From: Thermoanaerobaculia bacterium
GTDB taxonomy: Bacteria; Acidobacteriota; Thermoanaerobaculia; Multivoradales; Multivoraceae
Assembly (NCBI GenBank): GCA_963666565.1
Contig: OY762911.1
Coordinates: forward strand, 4,000,001-4,064,000
Length of the DNA stretch: 64,000 nucleotides
Direction: 5' to 3'
A program made the position numbers and the translations under genes. Shown one piece after another: positions 56,058 through 64,000 of this stretch (positions within the stretch are counted from its first letter, which is position 1; each line of letters begins with the position of its first letter). The notes below the pieces were generated by a model. It saw only the letters and a list, made by a program, of their open reading frames with translations. It made no database searches and was not told the origin of the DNA.

Positions 56058-57149
56058 CTACCACCGCCTCGCATCGGGCTCGATCGCCTCCAGGTCGAAG
56101 CAGTGGTATCCGGCGGGGTGCCGCCAGAACCGCTCCCGGTACGGATACATCCGCAACGACGCCTGGTCGGTCGGCGCATCCAGGCTGAATGTCGCGCAGA
56201 GTTCGTACGCCTTCTCGCCGGTCGGCCGGAACTCGTAGGGCCGCCTGGTCTCGGGATCGATGATCGACTCGATGCCGATGTCCCGCTCGCCGCTGAGCGC
56301 GTCCAGGCTCCCCGGAAGCGCACCGGTCCGCTCCCAGTAGACGTCGACCGCCCGAACGATGTCCCGCAGGTTGCCGACCCGCGCGACATCGAGGCCGCGC
56401 TCCCGCGCCTCGCCGGGCGAGCCGACCGCCACCAGGCCCAGAACGACCGCCACGCCGACGGCTGCCGCCGACGCTCCGGCGAACACGGCCGGCAGTCTCG
56501 GCGCCTGGTCCCCCGCAGCCTCTTCCGCCTCGTCCTGGCGCAGATCCCAGAAGTAGTAGCCGAAGACGCTCCCTGCGGTCGCCGCGACCACGCCGACCTT
56601 CAGGATGAACCTGACGGCCAGCTCGCCGCCCAGCGCGAAGAAAACGAGCGCGATCAGGTCGCCGGCCAGGACTCCGGCGGCGACGAAGAGCGTCAGGTAG
56701 GTCAGCCACTTCCTGATTCGCGACGAGCGCAGGTCGGGGTCGCCGCGCAGGGTGCGGCGGACCTTCCTCTGGATCAGCAGGAAGGCCGGGAAGGAGATGA
56801 CGAGATAGGCCAGCCCCCAGCGCAACATCTCCGCGGAAGCCGCAGCCGGGAGAGTGAAGGCCGCGTCCGGGAAGGCCCGGTTGATCAGCACGAACAGGAC
56901 GTTGCCGAAGCTGATCGCCGCCGTGTACAGGGCCGCGAACAGCAGCAGGTAGAGAAAAGCCTCCCGCGCCCCCACGTACGGCCGCGGCCGCGGGATCGGC
57001 GCCACGAACTCCTGGTCCACCCAGGCGCCGAGCGCCTTGTCGATGTCGGCTTGGCGCCAACTCGCGTCGGCCAGCGCCTCCCGGATCTCGTCGCGGCTCG
57101 CGCCCCGCGACAGTGCTTCTCTTACGAACCGGCTCAGTTCCTCGTTCAC
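56058..57149 (-). CDS. DUF5671-like membrane protein
   Basis: AREAFLYL, IRKWLTYLTLF, GEL..RF..K, GSP..AR...D..R, DPET..PYE, YELCATF, W.HP.G..CF; GGAGG RBS. Confidence 0.75.
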   Translation of the reverse strand: MNEELSRFVREALSRGASRDEIREALADASWRQADIDKALGAWVDQEFVAPIPRPRPYVGAREAFLYLLLFAALYTAAISFGNVLFVLINRAFPDAAFTLPAAASAEMLRWGLAYLVISFPAFLLIQRKVRRTLRGDPDLRSSRIRKWLTYLTLFVAAGVLAGDLIALVFFALGGELAVRFILKVGVVAATAGSVFGYYFWDLRQDEAEEAAGDQAPRLPAVFAGASAAAVGVAVVLGLVAVGSPGEARERGLDVARVGNLRDIVRAVDVYWERTGALPGSLDALSGERDIGIESIIDPETRRPYEFRPTGEKAYELCATFSLDAPTDQASLRMYPYRERFWRHPAGYHCFDLEAIEPDARRW

Positions 57150-57165
57150 GGTGCTTCCTCCGCGT

Positions 57166-57210
57166 TGTTGACGTTGTCAACATTACTCGCGATGCCCCGC
57201 CAAGTCAACA
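57166..57210 (-). promoter_or_regulatory. Sigma70-type promoter TTGACT-N17-TAATGT with overlapping operator palindrome TGTTGAC-N3-GTCAACA
   Basis: -35 at 57208-57203, -10 at 57185-57180, 17-nt spacer; perfect inverted repeat 57166-57182; third half-site GTCAACA at 57204-57210. Confidence 0.8.
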
Positions 57211-57333
57211 GCGGGCGCTACCGCCCGGAGACCCCTCGCAAGCTCGGTGTTTCGGCCCATCCCGTCCTCGTCCAGGAGCCTGCGCCGCAGACTCACCCTG
57301 TAGCGTTCCGCGGCGCAAGCTAGGATCCCCGCC

Positions 57334-58032
57334 ATGACTTCGACAGCCCTTCTCGACGCCCTCCGCTCTCTCGATACGCCGACGGTGTGCAACGCGCTGG
57401 AGGTCGTGGCGCCCAAGCGGCGCGGGCACGGCTACACCGTCGATCCGCTCGTGTGCGCACGGCCCGGCCTGTCGCCGATCGTCGGCTTCGCCCGCACGGC
57501 CCGCATCCGGGCCCGGCACCCGAACGCGGCCGATCCGAAGGACGCGCGCCGCGCCTCCGTCGGCTACTACGAGTACCTGGCTTCGGGAGAAGGCCCGACG
57601 ATCACGGTGATCCAGGACCTCGACGACGGCGCTCGCGGCTACGGCGCCTTCTGGGGCGAGGTGAACTCGAACATCCATCTCGGCCTGGGCTGTCTCGGCG
57701 TGATCACGGACGGCAGCATCCGCGACATGGACGACATCGCCAGGGGCTTCCAGTTGCTCGCCGGCCGGGTCGGTCCGTCACATGCGTTCGTGCATGTGGT
57801 CGACTACGGCGGTGCGGTGACGGTCGCCGGCATGGCGGTCTCGGACGGCGACCTGATCCACGCCGACCGGCACGGCGCCGTCGTCGTCCCAACCGACGTG
57901 GCCGACCAGGTCGAGGCGGCGGCCGACCTGATCGCCCGGCGCGAACGGGTGATCATCGACGCCGCCAAACAGCCGGACTTCGACTTCGAGAAGCTGAAGG
58001 CCGCCTGGGGCGAGGCGGCGGAGATCCACTGA
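57334..58032 (+). CDS. RraA / HMG-aldolase family protein
   Basis: DTPTVCNALE, AFWGEVN, TDGSIRD, GDLIHADRHG. Confidence 0.88.
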   Translation: MTSTALLDALRSLDTPTVCNALEVVAPKRRGHGYTVDPLVCARPGLSPIVGFARTARIRARHPNAADPKDARRASVGYYEYLASGEGPTITVIQDLDDGARGYGAFWGEVNSNIHLGLGCLGVITDGSIRDMDDIARGFQLLAGRVGPSHAFVHVVDYGGAVTVAGMAVSDGDLIHADRHGAVVVPTDVADQVEAAADLIARRERVIIDAAKQPDFDFEKLKAAWGEAAEIH

Positions 58033-58048
58033 GCCGGCGGCGAGCTGC

Positions 58049-59599
58049 TCAGGCCGTCACGGGCTCGATCGGCGTAACGATGCCGAGCGCGTCCTCGATC
58101 GCCTGCCCCGCCTCGAGGCAGAGGCCCTCGCGGTAGCGGCCGCCGATCACTTCGACGACCTGGGGCAGGCCATTGGCGACGCCGGTGGGCACGCAGACGG
58201 CCGGCAGGCCGAGCAGGTTGAGGGCGACCTCGAAGCGCATCTGGCGAAGGACCGCCCCTGGATCGTCGAGGTCCAGGCCGATGACGAAGGGCGGCTCGGT
58301 CATTATCGGGCCGACCGTGATGGGGTAGTCCTCCTGGAACTCCTGCCAGGCGGCGGCGATCGCGTGGCGCTGCGCGTACATGTCCGCGTACTCGGTCGCC
58401 GACTCGACGTCGAACAGGTCGAGCGCTTCGATGAGGAAGGCGTAGGCGTCTTCCGACATGATCTCCTGGAGCGACGCCCGGGCGAGATTCAGCTCGTAGC
58501 CGAGGAAGACCTCCCAGGCCCGCAGCGCCTCGGCGGTCATCGGCGGCTCGACCTCCTCCACCGCGTACCCCGCCGCCTCCAGCGCCTCGCCGGCGGCGCG
58601 CACGCCGGCCGCGACGTCCGGGTGGGTCGAACCGCCGCTCGGTTCGGGCACCAGGGCGACCTTGATCGGCGACGACGGGACCTCCAGATCGAGCGGCACG
58701 GGGACCGACCACGGATCGCTCCGGTGATAGCGCCCGAGCAGCTCATAGGCAGCGCGGAGGTCGGCGACGCGACGCGCCATCGGACCGTCGACGGCCATCA
58801 ACTGGCCCGACATGCTGCCGCCGGTGGGGCTGGCGATCCGTCCGAGCGTCGGCTTGAGCGACGCGATGCCGTTGCACTGGGCCGGGATGCGGAGCGAACC
58901 GCCGATGTCGTTGCCGAGACCGAGGCAACTCATGCCGGCGGCCAGGGCCGCTCCTTCCCCGCCACTCGAACCGCCGACGTTGCGGTCGGCCGCCCAGGGG
59001 TTCCGGGTGACTCCGTAGAGCCCGCTGTCGGTGTGAACGCGGAGCCCCAGGTCGGGGAGGTTCGTCCGGGTGAGCGGGATGGCACCCGCCTCCTTGAGCC
59101 GGGTGACGATCAGCGCGTCCTCGTCCGCGATCGCGTCGGCGAGCGCGGGTACGCCGTTCGTGGTCGGCGTGCCCGCGACGGCGATGTTGTCCTTGACCGA
59201 GATCGGCACGCCGTGGAGCGGGCCCAGCTCGGCGCCCGTCGCCACCGCCTCGTCGGCGGCCTGCGCGGCGGCGCGCGCCTCGTCGGCGAGCACGCGCACG
59301 ACCGCGTTCAGGTGGCCGTTCACCGCGTCGATCCGCGCGAGGTGCGACTCGACGACTTCCAGGCTGGAGACCTCGCCGCGGCGGATGGCCGCAGCCAGTT
59401 CGCCGGCGCTGGCGCGCCAGAGGTCGTCCGGCATGGGGCCGGCTGCCGTGCCGGCGGCGGCCGCGCCGGTGGGAGCGGCCGCATCGCCGTCGCACCCGGC
59501 GAGCAGTCCGGCCGCGCCGGCAAGCGAGAGAGCGTGGAGGACGTGGCGGCGCGAGACGCCGTTGACTTCCTGGGGTTCGGGTTCGTGGGTCGTCGTCAT
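58049..59599 (-). CDS. Amidase with twin-arginine lipoprotein signal
   Basis: GGAG RBS, SRRHVL...LLAGC; GPLHGVPISVKD, GGSSGG, GNDIGGSLRIPA. Confidence 0.88.
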   Translation of the reverse strand: MTTTHEPEPQEVNGVSRRHVLHALSLAGAAGLLAGCDGDAAAPTGAAAAGTAAGPMPDDLWRASAGELAAAIRRGEVSSLEVVESHLARIDAVNGHLNAVVRVLADEARAAAQAADEAVATGAELGPLHGVPISVKDNIAVAGTPTTNGVPALADAIADEDALIVTRLKEAGAIPLTRTNLPDLGLRVHTDSGLYGVTRNPWAADRNVGGSSGGEGAALAAGMSCLGLGNDIGGSLRIPAQCNGIASLKPTLGRIASPTGGSMSGQLMAVDGPMARRVADLRAAYELLGRYHRSDPWSVPVPLDLEVPSSPIKVALVPEPSGGSTHPDVAAGVRAAGEALEAAGYAVEEVEPPMTAEALRAWEVFLGYELNLARASLQEIMSEDAYAFLIEALDLFDVESATEYADMYAQRHAIAAAWQEFQEDYPITVGPIMTEPPFVIGLDLDDPGAVLRQMRFEVALNLLGLPAVCVPTGVANGLPQVVEVIGGRYREGLCLEAGQAIEDALGIVTPIEPVTA

Positions 59600-59646
59600 C
59601 GTCGCGTCTCCAGGGGTTGCTGTGGGGCTATTGCCGGGCCGGGGCC

Positions 59647-59681
59647 TCACGCCGGATGCCGGCGGGGACGCCGGCGCACCC
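59647..59681 (-). repeat. REP-like palindrome, variant II (phoD-amidase intergenic)
   Basis: Reverse complement matches 4504-4538. Confidence 0.8.
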
Positions 59682-59691
59682 GGCAGGGTTG

Positions 59692-60840
59692 CTAGCCACT
59701 GGCGCGGAGGTCCTCGAGGTCGAGCGTCTCGGCGAGCACCGGCACGCCGTCCATTCCGCGGACTTCCAGGGTCACCGAGCGGGCATCCCAGTCGATGGAC
59801 AGCGCGCCGTAGTTCTCGGGCTGGTACGTGGGGCCGAGACGGTACGGCCCCGCCTCTTCCCCGCTGCTGAAGGCCGCGTTGAGCGAACTCGCGGTGAGTT
59901 CCAGAAGCGGGTAGTCCAGGGCGTCGTCGCGGCGGTAGATGCCGCCCCGGTGCCGGTCGCCGGAGATCATCACCACGCCGTTCGCGCCGGTCTCGCGAAG
60001 CAGCGCGTAGAGACGGTCGCGCTCGGCCGGCAGATGCCGCCACGCCTCGTAGCCGTGACCGTCGGCGATCACCTGGATCGACGACGCGAGGATGCGCAGA
60101 TCCGCCTCCTCCTGGAGCACCTCCCGCAGCCAGGCCCACTGCTCCTCGCCGAGCATCGTCTTGGCCGGATCGGGATCCGGCAGATAGCGCTCCTTGCCCG
60201 GGGCGCCCCGCTCGTCCGTGGGCCGCAGGGCGGAGCGGAAGTACCGGGTATCGAGCAGGATGAGCTGGACCCGCCGCCCCGGCGGGCCCCAGGTCACGGC
60301 GTCGTAGACTCCCGGCCGGGAGGCGCGCTCGGAGTCCGCCGGCACGTCCCAGAAGTCCTCGAAGATCCGCTGCGCCTCCTCGCGGCCGAAGAAGTCGGCG
60401 CCGCCGTCGTTCAGGCCGTAGTCGTGATCGTCCCAGGTCGCGGCCAGCGGCACGGCGGCGCGCAGCCGGCTGAAGCCGTCCGCCGCGGCCTGCATCGCGT
60501 AGGCCTCCCGCAGCTCCCGCAGGTCCTCGGACTCGACGTCGCCATAGACGTTGTCGCCGAGGAACACGAAGAGGTCGAGGTCGTCCTCCAGGATGGCGTC
60601 GAAGATCGGTTGCGGCAGGTCCTGCCTGAGGCAGGAACCGACGCCGATCCGCTCGAGAGCGGGCTCGGACGCCGCGGCGTCCGGCTCGGGCGATTCGTCC
60701 GCGCCGCCGCAGGCGACGAAGAGAAGGAGCGCAGCCGACGGCAGGAGGGCGCACGCAGACCGGAACGAGCGGCGCCTTCCGCCCGGACGCGGGCAGGACG
60801 CGCGCGTTCCCGGCCCCGGGGGCCCAGTTCTCTGCTTCAC
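59692..60840 (-). CDS. phoD: Alkaline phosphatase D (PhoD) family lipoprotein
   Basis: FLGDNVYGD, TWDDHDYG.ND, LLDTRY, MLGEEQWAWL, SGDRH; lipobox FVAC. Start uncertain. Confidence 0.85.
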   Translation of the reverse strand: MKQRTGPPGPGTRASCPRPGGRRRSFRSACALLPSAALLLFVACGGADESPEPDAAASEPALERIGVGSCLRQDLPQPIFDAILEDDLDLFVFLGDNVYGDVESEDLRELREAYAMQAAADGFSRLRAAVPLAATWDDHDYGLNDGGADFFGREEAQRIFEDFWDVPADSERASRPGVYDAVTWGPPGRRVQLILLDTRYFRSALRPTDERGAPGKERYLPDPDPAKTMLGEEQWAWLREVLQEEADLRILASSIQVIADGHGYEAWRHLPAERDRLYALLRETGANGVVMISGDRHRGGIYRRDDALDYPLLELTASSLNAAFSSGEEAGPYRLGPTYQPENYGALSIDWDARSVTLEVRGMDGVPVLAETLDLEDLRASG

Positions 60841-61831
60841 GGCACACTCTCTCGATATCGAACGTGGACGGGTCGGGCAGTTTCCCGGCGGCGACCATCT
60901 CATCGATCAGCTTCTCCGTCTCCGTTACTCGGTCCCTCTCCGCGTAGGCCCGGCGTCGCGCCACGACCTGCGGATGTTCAAGCATCGGACAGTATCCCAG
61001 CATCCGCTGCTTCACCTTGGGCCACTTCCGCCGCAGGTAGAGGTTCGGCTGGTAGGACTCGTCCCATTCCGGCGTCACGTAGTCCCTCAGGTCGAACGGC
61101 CGCCGGAGTCGCCACACGCCATCCTCGTGGACGATGCTCGGGTCGTCCCCGGAGCAGAGATGCTCGTAGAACCACATGCCCTCGTAGTTCGACTCCAGGT
61201 CGGCAAGGGACAGGACGCCCGACACGGCCTTGCCGAGGATCGTGATCTCGTGCCGCAAACCGCGACGCAGGGCCCGGAGTTCGGCGTCCGCTGGCGTCAT
61301 GCCCCGCTTGCGCGCCTTGCGGTACCAGCCGTGGTAGTACCAGGCGGTGCCCAGAAGGTGGGTCAGCTTGTCGGTACCGAACCGCACGCCGTTCACCTCC
61401 ACCGTCGGACTCGGCGGCATCCAGCGGCCGGTATCGAACAGCGACGAGGTCCCGCCGTAGAGGTACTTCGCCTCGAACTCCCGCATCTCCTCCGGTCCCG
61501 ACGGCGAGCGGCTGACCAGCGGCGAGTTCGCCGACCAGGTCTCGAAGCCGTCGAAGAACAGCATCCGGTGGCGCTTGAAGAACCGCAACCGCACGTTCTG
61601 GCAACGGCGGTCCTTGCCGTCCCGGTTCAGTTCGGCGACCAGGCGCTCGAGTTCCAGGTTGACGCGGGCGTTCAGCACCTCCGTCGCGTCGTCGAGGCGC
61701 CGGCCCCAGGCGAAGAACTGGTCCGTCTCGAGAGCCGGCGCCGCGCCGGCGCCGCAGAGCCCGAGGAGCGCCGTCGCGGCCGCTGCCACCAGGACAAAGC
61801 GGCGACGTGCCGGGCTAGCGGGTCGCGACAT
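60837..61831 (-). CDS. Exported hypothetical protein (about 330 aa); no in-frame stop at the expected end
   Basis: RRRFV signal-like N-terminus, ETDQF, GTDKLTH, SLADLESNYEG. Protein-like composition ends near 60840, but the frame stays open into the amidase. Confidence 0.65.
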
Positions 61832-62436
61832 CAGAAGCCCCAGGCGAAGCCGGCCGTGTAGACGTGGCGGTCGGCGCCCTCGTGAGCGGAGCTGATCCGC
61901 CGCAGGACGCCGAGGTTGAAGGTGAAGCGAGGCAACGCGAACTGCCCCTCGAATCCGGCCAGCGTCTGGCGCGCCGGATCGAGGTCGGAGTCGCCCCAGG
62001 TGCGGACCAGGACGGCGCGCGCGCTCCAGCCGACGTAGACGTTGTTCAGGAAGGCGGATCGCGGCTTGCGAGCGCCGATCAGGCGGGCATAGCCGAGGCC
62101 CAACTGTCCGCCCGCAGAACCCGGCTCGATCTGCGCGACGAAGCCGCGGTACTCGCAGAAGGCGGAACAGTCATGGCTGTCCGGCACCCGCGCCACGACC
62201 GCTCCCGCGCCCGCCGAGAACTCCAGGGGGATCGAGTAGCGGATCCGCGTGACGGGAAGCCAGCGGAGCGAGGTCTCGTCGACATCGGCACGCACCCGAT
62301 CCGCGAGTGGCCGGGGGTCTTCCGGCCCTGGTCGCGCTTCCTGCGAGACGAGCGGCGCCGCCCAGAAACAGAGAAGAACGGCGCCGGCGGCCAGACGCAA
62401 CGAACCGGCCGGGATGGATCGGAAAGCAGCTTGCAT
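61831..62436 (-). CDS. Hypothetical exported protein, possible small outer-membrane beta-barrel
   Basis: Signal-like segment, alternating hydrophobic strands, C-terminal YTAGFAWGF. Confidence 0.6.
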   Translation of the reverse strand: MQAAFRSIPAGSLRLAAGAVLLCFWAAPLVSQEARPGPEDPRPLADRVRADVDETSLRWLPVTRIRYSIPLEFSAGAGAVVARVPDSHDCSAFCEYRGFVAQIEPGSAGGQLGLGYARLIGARKPRSAFLNNVYVGWSARAVLVRTWGDSDLDPARQTLAGFEGQFALPRFTFNLGVLRRISSAHEGADRHVYTAGFAWGF

Positions 62437-62568
62437 CGGCGACGAACGCAGCGGGGCCGGCCCGCTCCTTCGTTCGCAGCCGATGCTACACCCGGCAACA
62501 CGGCGCCCGATCCGGCGGCGCACCGCCGGATCGGGCCGCGGGCGGCGGCTGGAGGCGCCGGACGACCG

Positions 62569-64000
62569 CTACGAGCCGCCGCCGAGCCGGTACGTCATGA
62601 CCGCCTTCAGCCGGCGTCCCTTCGGGTTCGCGGTCAGGGCGTCGAAGGACTGCTCGAAGAACACGAGCGGCGGGTCCTCGTCCGTCAGGTTGAGCGCCGA
62701 CAGGGCGAGATCGAAGCCGAACCGCGGGAAACGCCACAGGAACGTCAGGTCGAACGTGAGCCACTCGTCGATCGGCAGCAGTTCCACCGGCGTCCAGGCC
62801 AGGTTGCTGTCCTCGTAGGACGAGATGTGGTTGGCCCAGCCGATCAGGCTGTAGTCGCCCCAGCGATAGCCGAGCGAAGCGCGCGTCTTCATCTCCGGCA
62901 GCGGCGGAGCGATCGGCGTGTCGCGGTTCAGCAGGCCGACGACGTCCTTCTTCTCGCGGTAGACGACGCCGTCGCGCCGCAGTTCCTTCAACTCGTAGCT
63001 GTCCGTGTACGTGCTGTCCAGGCTGAAGGAGAGTTCGCCGTCCCCCACCTCCACCTGGCCGCCCAGGTGGAAGTCGAAGCCCGACGTCTTGATGCCGGGC
63101 CAGTTGATCAGGTCGATCCGCACCCTCTCGATGTCGGCGGGATCGCAGGAACCGTCCGTCACCCCGCCCGGGCAGACGACGCGGCCCATCACCGCGCCCA
63201 ACGCGGTCCGGTTGCCGCCGTAGCCGTCCGCGTAGAGCCGCAGCACCTCCTGCTGCGGAAGCGGAGCGATCACGTCCTCGAAGTCGTAGCTCCAGTAATC
63301 CAGCGTCACGTCGATGCCCGGCGCGGCGTAGAGCATCAGGCCCACGTTGTACGTGAACGCCTGCTCCGGCTCGAGCAGCCGGCTGCCGAACGCGTCCACC
63401 GCCTTGTAGACGCCGACCGTGTTGAGGTACTCCAGGGTGGTCCGGATCTCCTCGTTCAGATCGTCGACCGAGGGCGCCCGGAACGTCGTCTGCACCGAGC
63501 TGCGGAGCGAAAGGACGTGGCTCTGCCCCGCCGAGAGCAGCCAGCGGCCCGAGAACTTCGGATCGAAGCTGTCGATCTCGTCGTGGACCTCGTAGTTCGC
63601 CGCGAACTGCATGTCGCCCCGGCCCGCGTTGAGGGCCAGCTCGCCGAACGCACGGTGGACCGTCTGGGAGTCGCCGTAGGGGTAGTAGCCCGAAGTGAAG
63701 GTGAAGGTCCCGGCGCGGGCCCCGCTCTGCCGGCCGGTGACCGGATCCACGCAGGATCTGTCGCCGGGCACGACGCAGGGGTTCAGACTGTAGTCGCCGA
63801 CCGCGTTCGGAGTCGCCGTCACGTCGAGCCGCCGGTACTGGTAGCCGAACGCATAGTCGAGCTTCTGAGGCAGCCAGTTGCCGGAGAGGGTCGCCTCGGC
63901 GACCACCATCTCGGCGTCGTTGTCGACGTCCACGATGTCGTTGATCCAGTCGAGCAGCGCCGGGCTGTTCTCCAGGCCCGCCACGTACATCGGGTTCGCG
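62569..64000 (-). CDS. TonB-dependent receptor, C-terminal part (5' end outside window)
   Basis: TFRAPS, LEPEQAFTYNVG, LDYW, NLTDEDPP, GRR...TYRL. Confidence 0.9.
   Translation of the reverse strand, partial: ANPMYVAGLENSPALLDWINDIVDVDNDAEMVVAEATLSGNWLPQKLDYAFGYQYRRLDVTATPNAVGDYSLNPCVVPGDRSCVDPVTGRQSGARAGTFTFTSGYYPYGDSQTVHRAFGELALNAGRGDMQFAANYEVHDEIDSFDPKFSGRWLLSAGQSHVLSLRSSVQTTFRAPSVDDLNEEIRTTLEYLNTVGVYKAVDAFGSRLLEPEQAFTYNVGLMLYAAPGIDVTLDYWSYDFEDVIAPLPQQEVLRLYADGYGGNRTALGAVMGRVVCPGGVTDGSCDPADIERVRIDLINWPGIKTSGFDFHLGGQVEVGDGELSFSLDSTYTDSYELKELRRDGVVYREKKDVVGLLNRDTPIAPPLPEMKTRASLGYRWGDYSLIGWANHISSYEDSNLAWTPVELLPIDEWLTFDLTFLWRFPRFGFDLALSALNLTDEDPPLVFFEQSFDALTANPKGRRLKAVMTYRLGGGS

Overview
GC-rich bacterial chromosomal segment (roughly 70% GC by eye; gene content suggests an Acidobacteriota-like heterotroph, which is inference only). 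It has about 40 coding regions and no rRNA, tRNA, CRISPR array or intact transposase that I can see. Left part: two tandem paralogous secreted 'YACHEGNY' proteins, a TldD/TldE(PmbA) pair in which both subunits appear to have signal peptides, a VOC protein, and a molybdopterin oxidoreductase operon (ferredoxin-NrfD fusion, catalytic subunit without a Tat signal, TorD chaperone). These are followed by two fused double-domain family III CoA-transferases, a eukaryote-type two-domain MTHFR, a stand-alone 5'-3' exonuclease and several hydrolases. Centre (25.0-42.5 kb): five paralogous secreted beta-sandwich-repeat proteins with a conserved scaffold and hypervariable loops. An inverted two-gene cassette (small YLDP membrane protein plus NoeA-like kinase-fold/methyltransferase) interrupts the array, and a broken lipoprotein paralogous to the ORF at the window start follows it. 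Right part: SDR, fused IOR, secreted thioredoxin, a 3x84-bp repeat in which each unit is an RBS plus a 10-codon ORF ahead of an acyl-CoA dehydrogenase, DUF4399, a DUF3604-like hydrolase, an AAA_28-like ATPase, nitronate monooxygenase, a DUF5671-like protein with a clear promoter/operator, RraA, and a TonB receptor-to-PhoD-to-Tat amidase cluster. A REP-like palindrome family occurs throughout, including inside genes, and many genes look leaderless. All family calls come from motif recognition; no database searches were run.
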